Assembly (NCBI GenBank): GCA_030167865.1 | Contig: JALAGF010004754.1 | Coordinates: forward strand, 1-64,000 | Length of the DNA: 64,000 bases | From: Craspedostauros australis | Taxonomy: Eukaryota | Direction of reading: 5' to 3' | Shown here: piece after piece, positions 56,317 through 64,000 of the stretch | Layout of the letters: each line of letters starts with the position of its first letter | How positions within the stretch are numbered: the stretch's first letter is position 1 | Program-made: the position numbers and the translations under genes | Notes under the pieces: generated by a model | The model's input: the letters and a program-made list of their open reading frames with translations, nothing else | Databases searched by the model: none | What the model was told of the DNA's origin: nothing

Positions 56317-57387
56317 ATGAAGTTCACTATCAACACCATCGTCGCCACCGCCCTTCTCATGGCATCCACCATGCCAACACCAGCCTTCGCCAAGGAAGGA
56401 AGTCTCCGAAAGGGATCCAACGGTGCCGTTCCCACCGACGCCAACGCCAACGCCGAAATCATCAACAATCCACAACGAAGCCGATCCCTGCTCCTCAGAT
56501 CCCTCCCCCAGCAAACCTACGTCGCTGCCGACTCCCAGATCGCCTTCATGGGCGGACCAGATGCCACCTCCGCTCTGGGATCCTCGATCATCATCACAGG
56601 CAACATGATCGACAGTGACGAAGCGACGCTGACCGATCCTGCAGCCAGCACTCCAACCGGTACCGTGTACGGGACGTCTTCCCAGGTGTGTATCACCACT
56701 GCAACTGGAGCCGTCCCTGCTACCGACATCGCCGCCCATCAATGCACCATCACAGACGAGTTCTTCGCATCTGACGGATCGTCTCTTGGATCCGTCATCA
56801 TGCAGGCTGGCGGAAAGTACGACTTCACGCCAGGCGTCGGCGGGGAGCTGCCTCCATCCTTCGAAGCGGCCGTGATCGGCGGAACCGGACTGTTCGATGA
56901 TGTGACGGGCAGCGTGCTCGTCGAGACCATGCGCGAACGCACCGGAACCTTCCCAACCAACCTCTCTGGCTTCATCGTCCTGCGTCACAACTACGACAAC
57001 ATGCAGTACAACTACGACAGTGGCAACAACGCCAACACCGGATTGATGTACGGACCATGCGAGATCACCTTCAAGGACGAGGCAGCTTTGCGTGCGGGCA
57101 GTACTGGCAACAAGATCGAGATGAAGCTCGCTTTCGATGCGGACGAAGCCGAGCTGGACTTCTCCAACTCTGGCATTCCAATGACCCAGTTGAGTCTCAC
57201 GGGCGGCAAGTTCAACTTCGTGGCACGCACGGGCGGCAACAGCATGCGGATCAAGAAGAAGAACAGCGTGATGGACTCCGCCACCTTGACCAACAGCAAG
57301 AACTTCATCATGCAGAGCGTGCCGCAGATGCAGGGAGACGTGCCAACCTTCCAGCTTCCTACATGCAGGGCCGTGTACAAGGCTTGA
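56317..57387 (+). CDS. Secreted protein with dirigent / allene-oxide-cyclase-like beta-barrel plus a second domain
   Basis: Signal peptide MKFTINTIVATALLMASTMPTPAFA and RxL motifs. VYGTSSQVCIT...HQCTI...GSVIMQAG...AAVIGGTGLFDDVTGSV fits the dirigent/AOC signature. Confidence 0.75.
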   Translation: MKFTINTIVATALLMASTMPTPAFAKEGSLRKGSNGAVPTDANANAEIINNPQRSRSLLLRSLPQQTYVAADSQIAFMGGPDATSALGSSIIITGNMIDSDEATLTDPAASTPTGTVYGTSSQVCITTATGAVPATDIAAHQCTITDEFFASDGSSLGSVIMQAGGKYDFTPGVGGELPPSFEAAVIGGTGLFDDVTGSVLVETMRERTGTFPTNLSGFIVLRHNYDNMQYNYDSGNNANTGLMYGPCEITFKDEAALRAGSTGNKIEMKLAFDADEAELDFSNSGIPMTQLSLTGGKFNFVARTGGNSMRIKKKNSVMDSATLTNSKNFIMQSVPQMQGDVPTFQLPTCRAVYKA

Positions 57388-57863
57388 GCATGAGTACGAA
57401 TCATGAGCACGGACATGGATATCGGCACATACTGGCGGGTCAGTCAGAGGAATGCACATAGCATACAGCACATACAGCACATACATGGCTTAAAACGAAT
57501 ACAACCCACAACAAACGTATTCTACTATACTACTATAAATCACTTACTCTACATCGAAGGATTGACGCTCCACCATATTACGCTGATGAGCAAGTACGAG
57601 TACGAGTACGAGTTGGTACAAGATCTCATCGAAACGGACGACATGTGTGTTGATGTTCCGGACATGATCGATTCGGAAGACGGGAGGATCCCCGAAGTGC
57701 CGATACCCTTTTTGCCAAACTTCAACACCAAATCCATTCATGGCGTCTCTGGATGAGAACGCGCAGATGAGAAATTCGCATCATCGCCACAAACGGCACA
57801 AAGATCCTCGATCGTTGATGGATCACAACCACCATCGTCGGAAAAAGGACAAGGGCGACAGCA

Positions 57864-58670
57864 ATGAAATTGGCGATCTGCGCATCCACAAGAGTGTCGG
57901 CGATGACCATGGCCATGGCCATGGCCAAGACTGCTGCGGTTTGGACATTCCTGCTCTTCGGCATTGTGACTGGCTTCGTTGCGAAGCAGAGTACTCAACA
58001 CAACACGCTCGATCAGAGAAGCTGCTCTCCTCGTGCCGGAGAGATGGCACCGTGGCCGCACCGTCGTACTGGCAGAGGAATTCGATCTGTGCAGCCACAA
58101 CCGACTCTCGCAACAGAATCAGTGGGAGAAGCCCAATTTGGATCGGCGCTACAGTCGACAACGCAGATCGGATCATTCTTCGAGGAGGAAGTTGTGCTCT
58201 CTGTCAATCAAACAACTTGGACAGGGATGGAGCCACCATCGCCAAAAGTATCACCAGAAGACATCCCGACCATGATGATGACGGCGCTGAAGCTGAACGA
58301 CAACCCAACGAAGGATGCTGGACTGTTGGCTATGTGGGCGTATGCCGGAGATACGACACGCTTCATTTTCAACAACAATGAGACCGACTTCGTGCAATCT
58401 GCGCACGAAACGGCAGAGAATTGGCCCACATCCTTCTACGGCGTCGCGTTCCACGGGCGGTCGTGGATGATCGATTCTCCGTTGAACCGTGTGGGGGGTA
58501 TAGATGGCTGGATCGCGACGCAGGTGATGAAGACGGTGTCGTCGGACGGGAGGGTGAGACGATGGCAGTGGGAGCTGCGCAAGAAACAGCGCCCTCCTCA
58601 AATGGGATGCTGGTACGTGGAGAGCATCGGCTCGTCAGATCGCAAAGGCAACTTCGAGGCAGACAATTGA
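57864..58670 (+). CDS. Hypothetical plastid-targeted protein (possible NTF2-like/DUF4864-type fold)
   Basis: Hydrophobic presequence ending VTG-FV. PSPKVSPEDI...ALKLNDNPTKDAGL...RWQWELRK...GCWYVESI. Start may be ATG 57903. Confidence 0.75.
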   Translation: MKLAICASTRVSAMTMAMAMAKTAAVWTFLLFGIVTGFVAKQSTQHNTLDQRSCSPRAGEMAPWPHRRTGRGIRSVQPQPTLATESVGEAQFGSALQSTTQIGSFFEEEVVLSVNQTTWTGMEPPSPKVSPEDIPTMMMTALKLNDNPTKDAGLLAMWAYAGDTTRFIFNNNETDFVQSAHETAENWPTSFYGVAFHGRSWMIDSPLNRVGGIDGWIATQVMKTVSSDGRVRRWQWELRKKQRPPQMGCWYVESIGSSDRKGNFEADN

Positions 58671-58939
58671 ATTTCATACAGTGCGGCTTTGAAATGGGAT
58701 ATTTTCTCTCGAGAAGAGTTTAGTAACATGAATGGCGCCAACGAAGTACTGGCGTGGTAACCACGCAAAAGTACGTAGGAATGAATACTTGCAAAGTGCG
58801 CTGACTCGTCTTGGGCATGCTTCGTTGCAGCAGCTTGTTTGTGGAACACTCTACAAACCTTCAAGCCTACTTCATTGTAGTTATCGGAAGGCCCGTTCCC
58901 ATTACTTTGTGAACTGGCGGAGCCGCTGAGGGGGCTGTC

Positions 58940-60177
58940 CTATTCCGGTCTGTAGAAAGAGTCATAGAACCCCTGCCTGGTGTATCCACCATCGACCGAA
59001 ATGACTTGACCTGTGATGTAACCAGCGATTGGCAAACACAAGAAGGCCACGAGACCAGCAACTTCGTTTGGCTCGCCGACTCTGCCCATCGGGGTGCGTG
59101 ACAAGACGGCTGCTTTGTATTCTTCGTTCTTCAGCACTTGTTTGGCAAGTTCTGTGTTGATGTACCATGGCGTCACGCAGTTCAAACGAATTCCATCTGT
59201 CAGCCCACAGCCAGCGGTCGCCGTTGTTGTGGTTATCGCCAGTATCATCGTGTGTTTTTGTGTGCACAGACGTGCATTTGTGCGAATATGGTACATGTAT
59301 GCGAATAGTGTTGAGACAGGTGTGAGATCGAAAGAGGTAGGTACGTACGCGCAGATGTATCGCATGCAAGTGGTTTGTGCGTGGCGGGACGATCGGATGC
59401 GGTTGCAATTGCACCACGCAAGCTCACAGTCAATTCGCAACGTGCACGAGGGCTGCAACAAAATAATGATAGCATCAGCATCAGCATCTGCAGCAGCAGC
59501 AGCTTCAGGAACGTACCCAAGCCCCACTCGCAGGCCAAGTTGCCCGTGAGCTGATTCATGGCAGCCTTGGTGGAAGCGTACGGAGTTCCAGACTTCATGC
59601 AGGTGACGCCCGCCACCGATCCGATATTGACAACGGAACTTGGCTGCTCGCCTTGGGCGCGCTTCAGAAGTGGATGGCACGACATCGTGAGCGCGAACAT
59701 GGAATGGAAGTTCGTGTTCCACACCTTCTCAATGTCCTCCGGACTGTACGCCATGCTCGTTGGTCTGCGGACGTTGGTGCCGACATTGTTGACCAGGATG
59801 TCAAGCCTATCCGCGGTTCCCACATCCGCCAGCCAAGATTTTATCTGCGCCATCAACTCATCGCGTCCATCCGGTGTTGAAACATCTGCGACGATTCCGG
59901 TGACGTCCAATCCCTGCGACTTCCATTCCTCGCAGCATTCGGCGATGTCAGCCTGGTTGCGACTGCAGGTCAACACGCGGCATCCCATCTGGGCCAATTC
60001 ATCGACGATCGCCTTCCCAATCCCTTTCGTTCCTCCCGTGACGACCGCCGTCGCGTCTGGTGGGAATTGCCACATCGGTGAGTTCGTGGCGGCATCGACT
60101 CCGCTCGATACGGTGCTGACGCAGTACAGCACCAGCGCAAGGATGGCCACCTTCATCGTCGGAATCATTGCCGTCAT
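58940..60177 (-). CDS. Tropinone-reductase-like short-chain dehydrogenase with signal peptide; exons 60177-59517 and 59196-58940
   Basis: [19 protein letters not shown] and [12 protein letters not shown] motifs. A GTACGT...CTGACAG intron restores [18 protein letters not shown]. Confidence 0.92.
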
Positions 60178-61316
60178 CGCCACCGTAGGATCAGAAGCAA
60201 GAGGTCGAAGCAGCAAAAGAATCAGAATGGGTGTGCAGTGTAGCCTCTCGAGCAGTACGACCCACTATGATCTTGGACTGATCGCCGCTAACTGCTGTCT
60301 GCACCTGTCTCCTGAGCCCTTTCTGTGTTGGCCTCCCCTCTGGTTGCTCGTTTGATGTGTCCTGGCGGTTTGTGAGTGGATCTTCGCAGATCTTTTCCCG
60401 AGTTTCCATTTGTTCGAGATCGTGTCAGATCTGCATCACATCAACGCGCCAGCTGACCCAAAACGCAATTCACATGTGGGACTCGACTCAACAGTTGTTG
60501 CGCTTGACTGAGATGACTTCATGGTCTGTGAACAGTCCGACTGCACGTGGGGAATTCGGTCCAGTCGCCAAAACTTCGCGCCACTTCCAAAACCTCAAAA
60601 ATCACCAACAAAAAGTACGATGACAACGCGCATCGTGTTGGCGTGTGTGTGTGTGTGTGTGTGTGTGTTGGTTGCCCCTGTCGGCATCAAGTGCGACACA
60701 TGAACAATCAACACATGCAGCCTGTCACATTGACACGAAGGGTGCGCGATGAGATAGAGCACATCGACACGAACAAGCAACCAAGCAACGAAAGCAAGGC
60801 AAGCGAACGACCAAGACGACAACATCAGATTCCTCCGTTGATCAATCGTTGGATACAATCAGGACTCAAGTTGCGACGAACGGAAAGGAGCAAGGCTTGT
60901 TGGAGTCAGTAACACGAACAGACACGAAGGAAGGAGATTTTCACGTGAGGAGGATTGGGACAACAAGACGGGAACATTGAAACTGCGACCAGCCTTGTAC
61001 TCCAGCCTGTTTGACAAACACCTGGAGCTGAGCGAGCACAGTGTCCGAGTGGAGTCCTCTCCGGAGTATTCCAGCACAGTGTCACACACCTCACCACTAC
61101 TACGGGGCAGTCAGCCACTGATTGCGCTTGCTGTTGTGCTTTGCAGAATCACACATCCATCTGCGTGGGCCAAACGAAAGGAGGCAGCGACGGGCGGAGG
61201 CAGCTCTCGCGGGTGACTGGCGCTGGGCGAACGCCACATTCCATTCTGTATACTGTCCGTGCGCTATCCAAACAGACACTCCAGGACAACAGAGATAGTG
61301 CAATAGAGACAGCACG

Positions 61317-64000
61317 ATGGGAATCAACGGCCTTCACAAGGCGCTGGGCTTTGCCACCAAGAAATCCAACATCGCGAGCTTTGCCGGCAAGACGGTGGCC
61401 ATCGACACATCGTCATGGCTTCACAAGAGCGTGTACAGCGTGGCGTCGCGATACGTGGAGAGCATGGAGAGGAAGACCAACGACCCGCAAAGTGTCCAGG
61501 CTTCGGTGCGGTACATCGCGTTGCGTTGCACGGAGCTGCTGGGACCATTCGGCATCGCCAAGATATTCCTCGTCATGGACGGCGAGCGCTGTCCGCTCAA
61601 GGCTGACACCAACCAAGACCGTGAGCTCAGGCGCATGGAGAACCTGCGGATCGCAAGGGAATGCCTGCGGGTTGGACAGCGACAAAAGGCCGAGGACAAG
61701 TACCGCTCCTGCATTAAAATACGAGATCAGTTCACCAATGCCGTCCTCGCGCTCGTGGCCAAGCAGTTCGCGAAGGATGGTCGTGTGCAACTGGTGTGGT
61801 CTCCCTACGAGGCGGATGCTCAGCTGGCCAAACTTTGCGTTGATGGTGTCGCGGATGCTGTCATTACGGAGGTGAGTATCACTGCCATCACAATCAATCT
61901 TGCCATCGGCATAAGCAATGGCACCGCCTCGGTGTCCTGTTTTCCTCCCAATCTCAAACATCGCGCGCTTCTCCACATCTTCTTCCGCCTCTATCAAACT
62001 CTTCCTACTTTCAGGATTCTGACGTGCTGCTGTACTCGGCCACGTCGCATGTGCCGTTTCCACTGCTGTTCAAGTTGGATCGATCGACAGGTTGTTGCGA
62101 CGAAGTCTCCATGAGCTGGTTGTTGAATCCTTCCTCCTTCTTGCAGTCATCGTCACCGTCGGCAAACGCAATTGCAACGAAGACGGGGAAACGCGGCGCA
62201 AAGAAAGGCCAGCCATCCGCCATGGAGCTGGTGTTCCGCACATTTGCACAGCGCCAACTGCGCAAACCTGGGTTCGGCGTGAGACTATTCGTCCAGGCAT
62301 GCGTTCTGGCCGGCTGCGATTACGCAATCAACGAGCTCAGCGGCGTCGGGCTCGTCAATGCCTTCAAGGCCGTGCGCGACAATGCCCATCGCACGAACGA
62401 AACGCGATTCCAAAAGGTGCTGGCCACCTTATCCAGAAGAGCCACGATGGGAATCGATCTCAAGGCCTACGAATCGCAGCTGTCCAAGAGCGAGGCAGTC
62501 TTTTACTTCCACGTCGTGCGTGGTATGGGTGGCGGAACATGCACGTTTCTCGAACTGCCAGACCAAGACCGGAGCATTGTTGGTAGTAACGAACTGGATG
62601 GGCGTGAAGCACCATGCGCACAGTACCCATGCCTGGAGAGATACGGCAGCGACGTTTCATTCTTCGGCACGCCACGGACTCCCAACGCCACAAAAAAGGT
62701 CGTCGATGAGGGTCTTGGCGATGTAAACGACAGACAACGGATCCACACGCCCCCGGCAAAGCACGACCCACAGCCGGACGCGCTTGCTGGCAGCATGGGC
62801 CCGCCATGTGTGCCCTCCGATCTTCGCCAAGCACTCGAGAAGTTCGCACGACCAAAGACGCACCCGTACACATCGCCGCTGACGGTATCAACATCTTCGT
62901 CGACAGCGACACGGCCGTCATCAACGTCGTCAATATTCTCGTCGTACTCCGCATCGTCTTCGTTGTCGGTATCATCAGGGTCACGCCGGTCTACTCCAGA
63001 GATATCAGCGGTGCGATCTGCGCGACGCCACTCTTCAATATCTTCGTCTCCATCTTCATTTACGGGGGAGAAAACTATTTCACACACATCGTCATCTTTG
63101 ATCCGCAACCCATACAAGCAACTCAGTCATCAATCCGAAGAGCGGCAAGTACCGCAGCACGAAGGCCCGGGACAAACCCAAACCATGAACCCATTCTCGA
63201 AGTCACAGCGCGGCCAAACGCCTCAAAAGAAGGCTCGCAGCAGCACAAGCTCCTCGATTCAGAAGTTTTTCAGCCCTGCGAGTACCGAGACGAGTATCAG
63301 CACCAACGCTGAAACAGGTGCGAAGCGGCACTTCGGCACAACATCGGCGCTACGAAGCAGAAGAGACTCAAGACAATCATACACGACGAGGACGACGAAT
63401 GGAAGTCTCTTTTCACTCGTCCAACAGAGGTGCAACCCAGCGAGCTTGACGACTCCTGCATCGGATGAGAATAGGCGCAATGGTGAATGTTTCATCCCAT
63501 CCGTCACTCCGGAGAGTGATGACAATCCAGCCTCGTCGTCACTGTCGTTATCGTCATCATCCTCTTCTTCTTCATCTTTGATCCACGAAAGTTCAGAGAA
63601 ATCAGCAGCAGCTCTGTCGTCGGCGCCATCGTTATCGCCGATGGCAACGTTCGACTACGGACCAAACAACCATCAGCATGCTCTGCGTAGCATCATCAAT
63701 CTCAACGAGCCACCGACACCTCCAAGCCTCATCGACAAGGATCGGTCTCTTGGACAACGAGGGAGAAGTGAAGTTATCGATGTCATTGATGTTGATGCCG
63801 AGAACGACCCCGACGTTACCATGGCAATGAAGGGTAGTCAAGACCAGAGCCAAGCAACGATGATTTGCTCCGAATCGCAACAAGGGAGCTCCTCGCTGTT
63901 CTTCGACACGAACCAATCGGATTCTCGGATGTCTGTCGAAAGCATCTGCTCCAACTATTCGAACACGATCGATCTCACCCAATCATCGACTCCTGAGCAA
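61317..64000 (+). CDS. EXO1: Exonuclease 1 (XPG/Rad2 family), 3'-partial; exons 61317-61871 and 62015-beyond window
   Basis: MGINGL, VAIDTSSWLHK, VMDG and SPYEADAQLA motifs. Splicing restores ITEDSDVL, followed by CVLAGCDY and GVGL, then a long disordered tail. Confidence 0.9.

Noticed and set aside
61872-62114. EXO1 ending at 62114 as a truncated protein
   Set aside because: Intron 61872-62014 restores TEDSD, and the frame appears open to the window end

Overview
Gene-dense eukaryotic nuclear DNA, most likely from a diatom. This is inferred from short GT-AG introns, bipartite plastid presequences with an ASAFAP-type cleavage site, a diatom-style HSF and RxL motifs; the species cannot be fixed from sequence alone. 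About 21 protein-coding genes can be supported. They include a 4-exon DENND4-like Rab GEF, a heat-shock factor, a TUL1-like RING-H2 ligase, a fibrillin, an EamA transporter, a BCNT/Swc5 protein, a Yar1-like ankyrin fused to a lysine methyltransferase, a tropinone-reductase-like SDR and a 3'-partial EXO1. The most striking element is an intact 8.36-kb non-LTR retrotransposon (47804-56160). It has a perfect 15-bp target-site duplication, a (TTTA)n tail, 3' UTR hairpins, a large ORF1 with no recognisable domain, and an APE-RT-RNaseH-zinc-finger ORF2 with no AUG ahead of its endonuclease motifs. It sits about 140 bp upstream of a secreted dirigent/AOC-like gene. Other leads are a hidden 67-aa three-exon micro-gene, a 38-aa repeat protein, a Prm1/DC-STAMP-like multipass protein, a probable frameshift and Pol III B-box repeats near the gaps. 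No tRNA, rRNA or CRISPR is supported. All product calls come from motif recognition by eye, with no database search.
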